A DNA stretch of 64,000 bases, taken from positions 491,210 to 555,209 of the forward strand of contig RHPI01000026.1 in NCBI GenBank assembly GCA_009103225.1, given 5' to 3'. The notes below the pieces were generated by a model that searched no databases, was not told where the DNA came from, and saw nothing but the letters and a program-made list of their open reading frames with translations. Numbering within the stretch: the first letter of the stretch is position 1; each line of letters opens with the position of its first letter. The position numbers and the translations under genes were made by a program. This DNA is from Chlorokybus atmophyticus. Its lineage: Eukaryota; Plantae; Mesostigma and Chlorokybus algae. Shown in pieces: positions 17,418-30,209 of the stretch.

Positions 17418-19903
17418 TCAAGCTCCAACAAACACTTTTTTGCGAGAGAACAGCTTTATTGCCTCGTCGAGCTCGGACATCTTGCGCTCTAGCGAGTTCT
17501 TCAGTCTTATTTGGCTGGGTGTCTCAATAACAAACGGCAACGCCATGATGCTCGCCTCCACCTCACCGCGATCTGATTGGCTGTGTCAAGGTCAGCTGCT
17601 AGAAATGGAAGCTGTGCTCAGCAGTGGCCACACGCATGTGACAACATGTCTTAACAGTCCAAAGACAGGCCCCTACAGTGTGCTGTTGGCATCAACACCT
17701 TCAATGCTGATGGCAGCACCACTCCAAAGATGCATCCAACCAAGCATGCATCATTTGAACATTAACAAAGAGTAAGAGGATACTGTACTCCAGCGTGCGA
17801 AGCGTCTCCAACCGTTCCTCTTCTGAGAGAAGAACCATTCCCGGAGGACACTGCTCTCGTTCCGATTGCTCTTGCCTGTGGGCAGTGCAGTGTGAATTCA
17901 ACACGATGTGAGGCAAGTCAGTAGTGTGCGGTGTCCGAATGACCATGCTGTAAAGCTACCTTTGCGCAGCATCCACTGCCCATTGAATTTTGCGCGCCTG
18001 CAAGCTGATTGAGAACAAAGGCACACATAAGCTCACACAACAAAGCTCCTTTTGCACCTCCTCTCAAGAAGCGCAAATGCGCTTTGGGAGCAACAGATGA
18101 TGCGTCGCATGGCATCAGAGCTTTTGCTTACTATTTGGGTACTCTGCCGTAATCTTCCTTTTGCAGGTACGGGTTGCCATCTGTAGCGGGCTGCAACGGC
18201 CGTGCTGTCCGCAGCGTCGCAGCTTCCGCGTTCTCACGTACAAAGTCACGACCCGCAGGTTGCTGCTGCTTGGGTGCAGCAGGAGCCGGTGCCTGGCAAT
18301 GCAAAAGTTTCCGCTCAGGACATGAAATAACACTCCTAGTGCACCCATGAATGGGAACCGAGTGCCAAACAAACTAAACTCGGCACTCACAGCTAATACT
18401 GAACAAACTTTACTTGACAGAACAGTGTACACAACTTTCGTGGGAGTTTGTGTAAGCACTTAGCCTTGATATCATGGCAGCTTGACAATTGCAGCGGACA
18501 TGGTGTTGCGCATCTCACTGGCAAGCACGCCCCTATGCAATATCGCATATGCTTACCCCGTTGAATGATGACCTCCTGGATGTCTGCGCTGTAGGTTTCT
18601 CCTGCTGCCTAGACTCCAATTGAGCATCCTGCAAGTAGCGATATGAGTGTGGAGTAGGCCTGCCAGGAATCAGCATGCTGATGTTTACTGAATGAACGTA
18701 CACATGAGCGGAGTGCACTGACTACAGATGTCTGCGGGGGACTGCGTGTGTGAAGCAATGTCATTAGCTCACCAGTTTGCGAAGCTGGTTGATGGCGCTC
18801 TTTTCTTGCACTGCGAGGCGGTTGTCCTTCATGTGGTTGTGAGGCGCAATGCCGCGCCGCTTCAGTGCATCTCTGCACAACTATCTGTTTGTGTAGCGTT
18901 GAACTCATAGCGATAGCCAGCACATTGATCAAGATACCAGAATAGAGTCTCTCCCCCCCCCCCCCCCCCCCCCNNNNNNNNNNNNNNNNNNNNNNNNNNN
19001 NNNNNNNNNNNNNNNNNNNNNNNNNNNNNNNNNNNNNNNNNNNNNNNNNNNNNNNNNNNNNNNNNNNNNNNNNNNNNNNNNNNNNNNNNNNNNNNNNNNN
19101 NNNNNNNNNNNNNNNNNNNNNNNNNNNNNNNNNNNNNNNNNNNNNNNNNNNNNNNNNNNNNNNNNNNNNNNNNNNNNNNNNNNNNNNNNNNNNCCCCCCC
19201 CCCCCCCCCCTCCCCTTCCCCCAAACAAAAAAATTAACACCACGCACAGCCTGCCTTTATGTTGAACATTTTTGTCAATGTACAAGAGCATAGTGCAATG
19301 AACCGGAGAAAGAACTTGTCTCAGTGTACTTAGCCGAAATTGAATCAATATAACAGCAAATATAATGCATTGTCACTGGCAACGTACTTCCCCTTAACAC
19401 AAGATCGTGCTTGAAACTGCTGATTGCGAAAATAGCTGCTGACATAGTAACTAGACAACAATGCGATTACTCCATGGACTGTCGAGGGAAAGCAATGTTT
19501 GGCACACAATGGCTTGTGTGCCAAACATTGGACGCTTGCACATCAACAGCCATGTGCTGACAATTTTCAAGCCATTGCTATCATGCCATAATATAATACA
19601 TACGGCGAAAGGACAATGACACCTCCACACGGATTGGTTGAGGGCTCACCTGGGGCCACGCACAGGGTTGAGGGCGTTCAGCACCTGGGAACTGTCCAGG
19701 TGCATGGGCATGCCTTTGTGAGCAGTTGCGGCAGCGACGGTGGAGCCGACGACAGAGGACGGGCCGGAGAGGCGCCTGCCAGTGGAGGCGGTGGCAGCGG
19801 GCGCCGGCAGAGTCCGCCGCCGACCGGCAGACGGATCGAAAGGACCCTCTGTAACCAACCTGTATATGCTCTCGCCACCGCCTCCCTCCTCAACCACAGC
19901 CAT
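17418..19903 (-). CDS. Enkurin-domain protein (ENKD1-like, ciliary/centrosomal), multi-exon, spans the first assembly gap
   Basis: Exons give ALKRRGIAPHNHMKDN, GRDFVRENA, YLQKEDYGRVPKY|LQARK, CPPGMVLLSEEERLETLRTLEY|NRGEVEASIMALPFVIETPSQIRLKNSLERKMSELDEAIKLFSRKKVFVGA*, which matches the enkurin domain pattern. Start codon is tentative. Confidence 0.8.
18953..19210. other. Assembly gap (N 18974-19193) flanked by poly-C
   Basis: Run of N bordered on both sides by C homopolymer, inside an intron of the enkurin-domain gene. Confidence 0.98.
19493..19530. repeat. Perfect 17-bp inverted repeat with 4-nt loop
   Basis: CAATGTTTGGCACACAA tggc TTGTGTGCCAAACATTG, intronic. Confidence 0.92.
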
Positions 19904-20548
19904 GATGAACCACCACCACCACCACCAGCAGGAGGCTTTCGCTACGCCCCACCCGCTCCAACCACACAGCGAGCCATCTTTGGTGACGCTGCCCCACCAA
20001 GGAACCAAACTTAGATCCTTCTGCTCCACTTCCTCCTCCCCGCTCGTCCTGCTGCTCCTCGTCCTCCTCTTACTCCTTCTCCTGCTCCTCCGCCGCGTCC
20101 TGCTGCTTGCGCTTGAGCCCAACCGTCGCCACCGCGTGTGTATTCTTAAATCAGCTACTCAAATTGTGCACCAAAAGAGTCCTTGTTGGAAAATGGATTT
20201 AGCAATTACCGCGAAAATAAGCAATGCACTCCTGCCGTTCTGCGGAAATTCTGAAATATTGGGGGACCATCGTGATGTCGAGATCTGGAGTGCGAAACGG
20301 TAATGTGGACACCGCGGAAATTTGCAAGGTCGCAAGCTGCGAGCTTAGCAACAAGGCGCAACATGAAGCATTGGTGGCGAGCTTAGCTGCGGCGGCGGTG
20401 TCGTTGCGCTGGTCTGCGGAGCTTGCGTGCAGCGTATGGGAATTGCCGCATGCGTTGAGCGAGCTTATCTGGCAGATTGCGCTGATCACTGCTAGCAGCA
20501 GGGGTGTATTGTGACGCCCCGCCCACCCACCCGAGACGAGGCCGCAAC

Positions 20549-22329
20549 ATGGCCAACAGCCGGTACGAGTACGTGAAGCAGTATGAGCTGGACGACAGGC
20601 TGCTGCCAGGTTGCTGGGTGATTGTACGTATTGACGGCAGAGGCTTCACCCGGTGGGTCTCAAAGGCGCGTTGCGCTTGAGGCGCGTTGCGCTTGTGGCG
20701 CTGTCTGCATGCCACGCCTGAACAACGCAAAGCTATACAGCTTAGCTTATCGAGCTTAGCTTTGCTCTCCGAAGCATACCGTGCATGAACTTACAGATTC
20801 TCTATTTTGCCCACCTGCTTAGAGCGCAACTTGACTCGTCAGTGTAGTGTCGAGCAGATGAACAGAGTGCTGGGCAGAGCACATGCGCAAATTTTGCATT
20901 AGAGCACAGCTTTGCTAGCCTGCTCAGCTCATTGTAACACGTGCATGCACACTGTGCGCGTGTCCAGTCGTTGTAGGTGGAGCTCACCTCCAGCAAGGTT
21001 CATGTGCACTGATCATAGGCCGTTGCAATGGCTGCTGATCGTCGCAATGGCAGTTTTGCAGAAGCGCACAAGTGGAAGAAACCCCATGACATGCGCGCCA
21101 TCCATCTGATGAACGCCTGCGCTGAAAGCATGATGCTGGAGTTTGCAGATGCTGTGCTCGCTATCGGCGCCAGCGACGAGTACAGGTCAGTGTGAGCTAA
21201 GGTTAGCTCTTAATCCGTATGCTGTCTTTTTGCAGTATATGCAATGTCAAAGCACTGGTGCTGTTATGTGAACCACTTTCTGCTCCAACAGTTTCGTGTT
21301 GCGCAAGACTACCACCATGTATGGGCGAAGAGCAAGGTGAGCACTTGCTTGGTGCACGCACACGCAAACAGGGGCAACTCAGTATCAAAGCTCTTGCCTG
21401 CGCAAGCACGGATTGGTCATCATGCAGGGAATCAATGCCGCCCCTAAATAGCTAAGCCGTCATTATGCTGTCAGTCTGGTGACAGTCATGTTCATATGCA
21501 TGGACACTTTGTTGAAATAATCATTTCTGTGTGCAAGGAAAGCAAGATTATATCCGTAATGGCCTCCTTCTTTGCGGCATCTTTTGCAATGAAGTGGTCG
21601 GAGTTCTTTTCAGACAAGCTCCAAATTGTTCCCATATTTGACGCTCGTGCTGTCTGCTATCCGGATGCAAAGACACTGAAGGACTATCTAAGTTGGCGGC
21701 AAGTCGACTGTACGTTTCATTGTTTGTTTCACATGCATTTCATCTTCGGACTGTGGTTGCAACTGGTGGTGCTATCCTTATAACTGAAGTCTCTCTGTTG
21801 TATGGCAGCTCACATCAACTGCCAGTACAACACATGCTTTTGGGCGCTTGTGCACTCAGGGCGAACAACATCCGAAGCGCAACAAGTTTTGAAGGCAAGG
21901 ACGAGTTTGCGTTCAAGGCCTGGTGGTGTGTCGTACCAACGTTGCGTGAGCCAGTGGGAAAGCATGCACATCACAGGCTGACACGGTTGTTACCTGCAGG
22001 GCACGCTTTCAGACTTCAAGAACGAACTGTTGCACACGCAGTTCAACATCAATTACAACGAGCTGCCTGCAGTTGAGAGAAAAGGGTCCATACTGCTTAA
22101 AGACAGGGTACGCCAACCACAGTCTGTTCTTTGTGTTGTAAGCAGTGTGGAATGCATCATAAGCGCTAAGTGGGTCGGTTGTGTTGTGTGTTTTCAGGTA
22201 CCTGTTGTGGTGAAAGAGGTGGAAGGCCAGTCACCGGTTGTACGCATGCGCTTGACTGTGGTCATGCTGCATGAAGATATTATTGGGGAGCAGTTCTGGC
22301 TAGAGCACCCTGACATACTGATCTGCTAG
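20549..22329 (+). CDS. THG1: tRNA(His) guanylyltransferase, single Thg1 domain, multi-exon
   Basis: MANSRYEYVKQYELDDRLLPGCWVIVRIDGRGF; SDEYS|FVL; FDARAVCYP...DYLSWRQVD|SHINCQYNTCFWALV; KNELLHTQFNINYNELP; LHEDIIGEQFWLEHPDILIC*. Confidence 0.95.
20666..20697. repeat. 16-bp tandem duplication in THG1 intron 1
   Basis: GGCGCGTTGCGCTTGA followed by GGCGCGTTGCGCTTGT; coordinates approximate. Confidence 0.75.
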
Positions 22330-23510
22330 CTGCGTCTTGCAGCCTGGTCAGAAGTTCGCACTAACACGGTTTGCTATGAGCTGGAGGCCTGCTGGCAGCA
22401 TGTTGTCTCTGGCGTACTGCGCGTTGTATTGGACTCCGTAGCATCGACAGTAGGAACAGTATGGCGTAGTGGTTGTTGATGCAACGCTGATGGGTGACAT
22501 GACCCAACAGCACAAAACAGGCGAAATGATGTCACAGCAATAACTGTAGCGACTAGTAGTTACCAATCAAGTTGTTGGGCGGAGGGTCGATAGGGCTGTG
22601 AGTGTGCAAAAGGTGGTATGCTGTCATGCGAGCATGCATGCTGTGGTGCTGGCAGTCACAAAGTTAATTCACCCAACATTCACGCATTTCACAACCCACC
22701 ACTGGGCTATTGCTATATCTGCCTTGTTTGCTATCAGTACAGCCTTCCCCATGGGGTATAAAAGCATGCATAAAGTATTCACCTGCTCAAACGGGGCCAC
22801 TGTTAGTTGATGTTGTCAAGCATGGTCTCAGCAACATCCGCAACGACGACTCCCTCGCCCTCTCCTCCCCCTTCTTCTCCCTGCTTGCTCCTGCCGCTTG
22901 TAACCCGTGGTCTGCTTGCGTTCGTGACTCTTGCCGTGCACTGCGCACGTCAGCAGTGCCACTTGCAGAGCGAGCACCACACACGTGGTATGCTTCTGCA
23001 GTCCATGCGCTCGGTGGGGTTGGGTGGTGGGCATGTGTACAAATAGGGATCAGGCAAGGAAAGGCGAGCCAGTGTACAAATGATGCAAGAGGGAATTGTG
23101 TGCCATGATAGTTCCGCAGCGCTGGCCACCAATACATAAGTGGGAATAGCACCAAGCTGGCAGGCAAGTCTGAGTACATGTCACCCACACACGTGTAGTA
23201 CTCATGTATGTTCTTTGCCTATGTATTAAATGACAAGTGTTGCAAACAATCATGGGTCTGCACCTTTTTTGCGCGCTGCTTGTTACTGCATACCAAATGC
23301 AAGAACCGAATACCATTGAGACAGCAGCAAGTTACCCAAGCCTAGCCAGTGCTTAATGAACCATTGCATACAAAAGCAGTCATTTGGCTGCAAAATTCTA
23401 ACACCAGTGTTATTGCTGCCTGATTCTGCGTCTGTGCTATACAAGAATGATGGCTATCTACAATGAATGTTGGTGACAAAGAATCAGCTGATGGACCAAA
23501 AGCCCGTGCA

Positions 23511-25425
23511 TTATGGCAGGGTTCCATCGCACTTGTGCGTGTCTCTCCACTTGAGGTACACCAACCCTGCGCAGTAATGCGTGTACGCGGCGGCGACAAC
23601 AAACACATGGAAGATCTGATGGCTCGCAGCAAAGATGTCAAATTTGCCCGGCCGCCATCGCTCGGGAATGCGCATAGCATAGATGACCGCACCGATGATG
23701 TAAAGAGCTCCCATAAGCAGCTCATGGAAGGTTGTGTGCCAGACCGCAGCTATATGTGGCATCTGGATGAGCTTATGTAAGCACGGGATGACGCCATATG
23801 ACCCCAAACAGATGAACAAACCGGCCCGAACAGTCCGATAAGGTGGTGTTTGGAAGCGCTCGATGAGGGTGAAGGCTAATGTGGACACGCCGAGGAGGGA
23901 TATCGTGATGAGGTAGAAGTACTTCCAACTAGGCGTGCACATGAAGCTGTAGTATATTGGCGGATACATCGACGTGGCCACCATGACGGCAATACCGGCG
24001 TAGTCCAGCCGCCACATTAGGCTGGATACCCTGGCGCTGTGGCAAAAAAGCAGGTGGCAAGTCGCACTTGCAAGCATGCAGAACATTGCACCCGCCAAGA
24101 ATACGAAGAAGGGCCATCTCGCAACTACTACTTTGGGAACCTATCACAGCACACATAGGTGAGCACAGCACACATATGCACTCCTTTGATATGCATTTAC
24201 CCAACACCCACAAATCAACACACACAGACGTGCATGCGCACACACGCGTGCGCCCGCGCACCCGCCCACCCACCCAGCCTCCACGCCCACACGCGCGCGC
24301 GTGTGCGGATGCATTAATGTGTTGCTGGACACATTAGCGAGCGCGCACGCATGTCAGGCAACATGCTTGCCCGCACGCTGGTGTGTCCACGCATACGTTT
24401 CAGCAATACGCATGTGTGTTGCTGAAATATATGCGTATACATCTGTGAGCGCGCACGCCACTTGACACAAACACAAACGCCTGTAGCAGCCCTCCCAGTC
24501 CCGTTCCTGCTCCGCCCTTTGTGTCCATTTGTGTGTTTTAACTCCCCATCACATGGGCCAAGCAAGCTTGCACAGTTCTGTGGCTTACCTTTGCTAGCTC
24601 TTCACTGAGTCCAGAGAGCGACGGCAACTTGTTCGTGACATCCGACACATGCCATGTGCGCGCTGCGTAGATGGTGAACCCGAGGAAGAGCACGAATCCC
24701 AACAAGTGCCTGCGTTCAGGAAGACAACACTTGAACTACACTGTGGTATGGCACCCAACAGCCACAACTCCAACATGTACATGCAAACGATCAAGAAGAA
24801 CTGTTGCCACCAGTGACAGTTAGAGATACCCTATGCACTTGCCTGAGGTCACATCCATTGTTGAAGGCGCCGTTGTGTGTTACAAACCACCCCATTAACA
24901 GCACGCCTTAAGTGCACCCATGTTGATAAAAACATGTGTACTTGGTACCCAAGCTTACCTTCGAAACCAGCCTTATGTTACAGTACCCTTGTTGTGTCAC
25001 AGCTACTGCACAATAAATGCAAGGACTGTGATTGACTGACAGTGTGCAAATGTGACAGCGCACGCATGAGCCTTATGACAAGCTTTTGCTTGAGATTCCA
25101 CAACAGCTAACTAGTTGTAGAGTAGTAGAGTAATGAGACCCCTGTTAAGCACACACGACACCAAGCAACAGTCAAGCACTCACGTCCAGATGTTTAGGGT
25201 TTCATTGTGTAGCTGAAAGACGCTCAGCAGTGCTTTGTGCAGCGGCAGGTCCGCCCTGTAGCCCCTCACTATGTACTCGTTGTCCCGCATATAGGCGGGC
25301 AGGGAGTGCCACGACAGCAGCCCGTGCTGACATTGCTTCTCACTGCGGCTCTCCTTGGGCACAGGCTCCTCCACTTGCTTGGCCTCCACAATCGTCGCCG
25401 CCGCCGCCGATCGCCGCCGCTCCAT
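23511..25425 (-). CDS. PAQR/AdipoR-type heptahelical transmembrane protein (plant HHP family), 3 exons
   Basis: LPAYMRDNEYIVRGYR...LHNETLNIWT|HLLGFVLF...|RWPFFVFLAGAMFCMLASATCHLLFCHS...RLDYAGI...IPERWRPGKFDIFAASHQIFHVFVV. Confidence 0.93.
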
Positions 25426-25625
25426 GATTTGCTTAATCCCCAAACGCGGGAAACAGCATGCTTGACGCATGCTCATATAAGCATAAAGCGTTGCTAACTG
25501 AAACCGGTTGCAGCAGACCTGCTTGGGAACCAGAATATCCAGAGGCCGTCGGATCCGGATCAATATTCTGCCCGTTTTGCGGAGCTTTGAATTGTTGAAT
25601 TGTGCAAAACGGTTTTTGGCGGGAG

Positions 25626-25634
25626 TTAGGGTTT
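25626..25634 (-). promoter_or_regulatory. Telo-box (TTAGGGTTT) in the PAQR/CAP-H bidirectional promoter
   Basis: Exact reverse telo-box 80 bp upstream of the condensin ATG. Confidence 0.45.
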
Positions 25635-25714
25635 GGCGGCGGCGGTGGACAAGGAGGGGGTGGAGCTGAAGGAGGTAGAGCTGGAGGAAGAGGCTGGGGT
25701 ACAGGCGGAGGAGG

Positions 25715-28700
25715 ATGAGGAGTATGGCCCCCCATGCCGACGTGGGGTCGCCTCTCAGGGAGATTGATGGCAATAGGGGGGACTTGCTGCCGGGGCCTGG
25801 GCAGGCGGCGGCGGCGACGGCGACGACGCCGTCCAAGACCCCTTTGAGGAGGACTGGTAGACCAGCTGAGCTCGTGCGTGTCAATGACGACGAGGCCGAG
25901 AGGGCGCAGGCTCGGCTCGCTCGCCGCCGCTCTAGCGCCGCCAATGCGCAGGCCCGCCTCGCCGCCTCTCTGGACGAGCAGCAGATACGCGACTTGTACG
26001 CCAACTGCATCAAGCTTGCCTCTGAGAATGTAAGCTGGATGAGATTTGCAGTGCTTAATGCACTTGACATGTAAAGGCACACTTGCGCCGAGTGTTCCTT
26101 ACAACAAGAGCACCACAACTGTAGCACTGCATGCGTTTGTAGCTAAACGCAAGGGCATTGATGATAAATAACTTCCTTTATGCTTTTGAGTTCACGCACG
26201 TTTGTAGAGGCAGCATGGTTATTTGTTGACGACTACATGTGCAAACTTTGTGGACATTGAGTGTCTTCTTGCGTATGGTTCAGCAAACAGTTGCAATGAG
26301 TTTACTCGTGTTGTTGTGAGCTTGAAGCTTTACACAAGCTCGTAGGGCTGTCGCAGAAACAGCTTGAAGGTTGTCTAAAGTTACACTTTTTTTTCTTGTT
26401 ACGAACTTTATGACTTGAAGTGCAAAGGCGCATGCACTGTATTCATACACGACCCTTGAAGTTCGAGGGTGGTGGTCATGGACAACACAAATCATGAGTT
26501 ACCAAAGGGTGAGTTGGTTGCCTGACGAGTGTTTTGTCAATCGCAGAAAATAAACCAGAAGAACACATGGGGGCTGCAGCTGATCGACCACATGCATGAC
26601 ATCGTGAAGGGAGAGGACGAGGTGGACGATACAAACTTCCAGAAGGTATGTAATCGGTCGTTAGATTAAGTCTGCAGTACTGTAGTCATGCAAGAGAAAG
26701 AGCATTGATGTCTTTTTAGGCGAGTTGCACGTTGGACGCCGGTGTCAAGATCTACTCCTACCGAGTTGACTCTGTACACGCGGAAACCTACAAAGTGCTG
26801 GGAGGCTTGAACCGAACAGCTGCACCTGAAGAAGAGAAGAGTATGTTGTTGTGGTGAAGTTGCCGCACAACGCACAATGCAACAACAAGTATAAAACTAT
26901 TCCCATGATACCCACTTGTGTGTGCGCGCGTCTGTGCACACAAGCGCACGCGCGTGTGTTTGTTTGCTGCCGAGCACATACTGGTATGCGTGCAGTGCTG
27001 TATCGCTGGTGAAGGGATGTTATTCAGCTGTGCTTTAATCTGTTGCTTGCAGATAATGGTGCGGAGAAGGTCAGCGATGATGACGATGATGATAACAATG
27101 GATCGCAAAAAGAGAAGCGCAAAAGAGGAGAGGTAGGGTTGGTTGGCAGCATACCTGCGTGGGTTGCATTCTGTGCCTGCCTTTGGGTGCATGTCCTGAA
27201 TATGCGCTTTGTCGCAGTCGCTCACACCGTCATCAACGCTGGAGACATTTGAGGCTCTTAACGTCAAACGATTTGATGGTACGCTGTGTTAGTGTCACTG
27301 CCAATCTTGTGCCGCTACTGTGCCTTACTTCATTATTGTTGACAGCTGCCTGTCTTGTGGACCCGCTGTTCCACAAGATGTCCGCGCAATTTGACGAAGG
27401 GGGCGCTTCCGGCCTGCTGTTGCACAACCTCAGCGTGTATCGCGGTTGTGAATTGATCTTTGACTCCGACGAAGTCATTGATGCTGTACCAGAAACAAGC
27501 ACTGCAGAGCCGCAGGATGCCACAATCGTGTTGCCTGCTTCCATCGTGGGTACGATCATAATACTTTGTTGCATTGGATTGTGCACTTTGTGAAGCTGCT
27601 ACTTGTGCGCTAATTGACATGCTTTTGTAGAGGACTGGCGGAAGGCGTGCGCGGCGATGCACGACAAAGAGATCTGTCCAACATTGAGACACATCAAGCG
27701 GCTTTTGGGCGAAGAAAGTGCTGCGCAGCGAGTGGTGCTTGACGTGGACCCGCCATCATCGCCACGGTTGGCAGGAGAGGCTTCCGCAGGTGGACCTAGC
27801 GATGACGAGGATGACAGTGACGTTGTCAACCCAATGCAGAGCAGTTTTGAGCCCATTGAGTATGGCGATGTGAATAATGTGGACTTTGGAGACTGGTCGG
27901 GTGCCAACTTGGCTGCCAGCGACAGCGATCCTGAGGTGAGCACAGTGTGTATGCGCGCGTGTGTGCATCTGTATCTGTGTATTACGCGTGCGTGCGTGCG
28001 TGTGTGCGTACGTATGTGTATCTTCAGTGGTGGTTGGGGTTGTTGTATATTGCTTAAAGTAAGAAGTCAACAGTGTTTGTACCAACTGACATTGTTGCAG
28101 CCTGGAGGCCCTGCGGAGGATCAGCCGCAAGTTGCAGGGGAGTGGAGTTTTGGTGGTGGCAATGGTGGTGCTGCTGAACAGACTGCAGCAGACTGGCTGC
28201 TTGCGCCGTTGCAGAAGGCTCCGCAAGCTTGGGCCGGAGCAGCGCACTGGCGATTCCGCACCCGTCCACCACCAGGTGACTTTATGCACGCAATGTTGAC
28301 TCTTGTTTGCATACCATTTTGCAATGTCAACAGAAAAGCGTCGCAGCTTTGCTTGTTGTAGTGGTGTGTGCATTGATGAACAGTTCTTTTTTTCTTGCAG
28401 CTGCTGCGCAACAAGAACAGCTTGCAAAGCCCCGTGCGAAGAAAAGGACCCGATGCGGCCCGTTGATAGACTTCGGCAACCTGCCAGAGCTACCAGAAGA
28501 TGCCTTTCAGCGCGCGCGGCGGTGCGTCTTTCGATGGCACACAAGTCCCTGCTCGCTTGTTGTGTTGTAACTTGCAATGGACTGATCGTTGGATTGCACA
28601 AACAGTGCTGCAGACATCAGCCTTACCTCCTCCAGAGAGACGGCTGCACCTACACTCCTGCCTGTGGACCTACAGTACACAGCCGCAAACCTATCAAGGC

Positions 28701-29601
28701 TGTTTCTCAAGCCGAATGCTCCGGTATGCACTGCGATGCATTGGCTCATTAAACGGAACAGTAAAACAGCGCCCATGTCTGCGATTGGTTTACTGACTTT
28801 TTGTGTGTTGCCATTGGCAGCTGGCTTTCTTGAAGGCAGCGGACAAATCGGGTGTGGACAATAGCCATGGAGAAGGTAGCATATCTTGTGTGACTTGTGT
28901 GCGGCTTTCAGAGCATGCTATATAGCTGTCATGTACTGGAATACTTGGTACATTGCGTGTGTACATGACTGCGGTTTTGTCTAGCAGAAATGTTGGGTGG
29001 TGCTCTGGGTGGCAACTATGACGGCGGTGACGATGATGATGTTGATGACCACGACGGGTGGGCTGGGGACGGCATGGGGTATGTTGGGGACTTTGGTCCC
29101 GCAGAAAGCTCGGATGTTGTTGATGAGGCAGCATCGGAACTCATCGAGCAGCCTCGCCGCGTCAATAAGATTGAAGTACCATACGCAAGGGCAGCCAAAC
29201 AGGTGGACGTGCGTGCCTTGAAACACATTCTCTGGCAGCGGCTTGAGTTCCTTGCCAGTGAAGATGATGAGGTATCCACATTCACTACAGGGCTTGACAG
29301 TCCATCATTGTGCACACGCACACACGCACATGCACACACATGCATGTGCACACGCGCACCCACCCACCATACACCTGCGTATGTGCTTGACTCACAGGAG
29401 GAAGGTGAGCTTGAGCAAGGCGCCACCTCTTTCAGAAGGCTGCTCGCAGGATTGCCTGAGCGCAACGCGGCAGGTCGACTGCAAGACCTGTCCGTGCATC
29501 TCTGTTTTATCTGTGTGCTGCACCTGGCCAACGAGCATGGGCTTTCTATCACTGGTTGTGCATCAATGGATGAACTGGTCATTCGCAACGTCCTGCCTTG
29601 A
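25715..29601 (+). CDS. CAP-H: Condensin complex subunit 2 (CAP-H/Barren kleisin), multi-exon
   Basis: DLYANCIKLASEN|KINQKNTWGLQLIDHM...TNFQK|ASCTLDAGVKIYSYRVDSVHAETYKVLGGL; VDPLFHKMSAQFDEGGASGLLLHNL; YARAAKQVDVRALK; LSVHLCFICVLHLANEHGL. Confidence 0.94.
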
Positions 29602-30209
29602 TTGACCTCCAGCCAGTCTGGTAGTTTTGTACATTTAGCCAGTTGGCGCTGCCGTCCTTCATAGAGGTCCAACATCTGCTGTAAATAGCCGGGGCATTCA
29701 GATAGGAGATGTCCTCAGTATGTTATTATGTCTTACTATACAGCTACTGATTTACACCTTGGCAACGGCTGCCATAGGACCATGCAGAATTGTCTATATA
29801 TGCTGTTCGTGGGATGACTACGATGCATACCCGATGCTACAATCAAGTTACGAGTAAACAGGCCTAGCGACTTTGCACGCAATGCAATATCGCTGTAGGC
29901 TAAGCATGGCTAGAATCCAACAGTGTGACGGTGCAAAACACAGCTGCTGTGAGTGATGTCATGCATGTCTACAACTACTGGCAGCATATCCTGTACAACT
30001 CGCAGTAGTCGTTTGTCATAGATGCGCCAAGCCCACCATATTTCCAACAGTCTTTGATGTCCTTTTTCCGTTTTCACACAAATGCACATAGCCAGTTGCA
30101 AGCCCCGCGCAACGCAATGGCAGCCCGATGACTGCAACGCACAATGCCAACGCCAGTTCTTCCGACAGGGCACACACCCATACCAACGAGACAGAGCTTC
30201 GCACATCTG

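Noticed and set aside
18609-19348. ORFs spanning N runs (also 62304-62846)
   Set aside because: Artefacts of translating assembly gaps.
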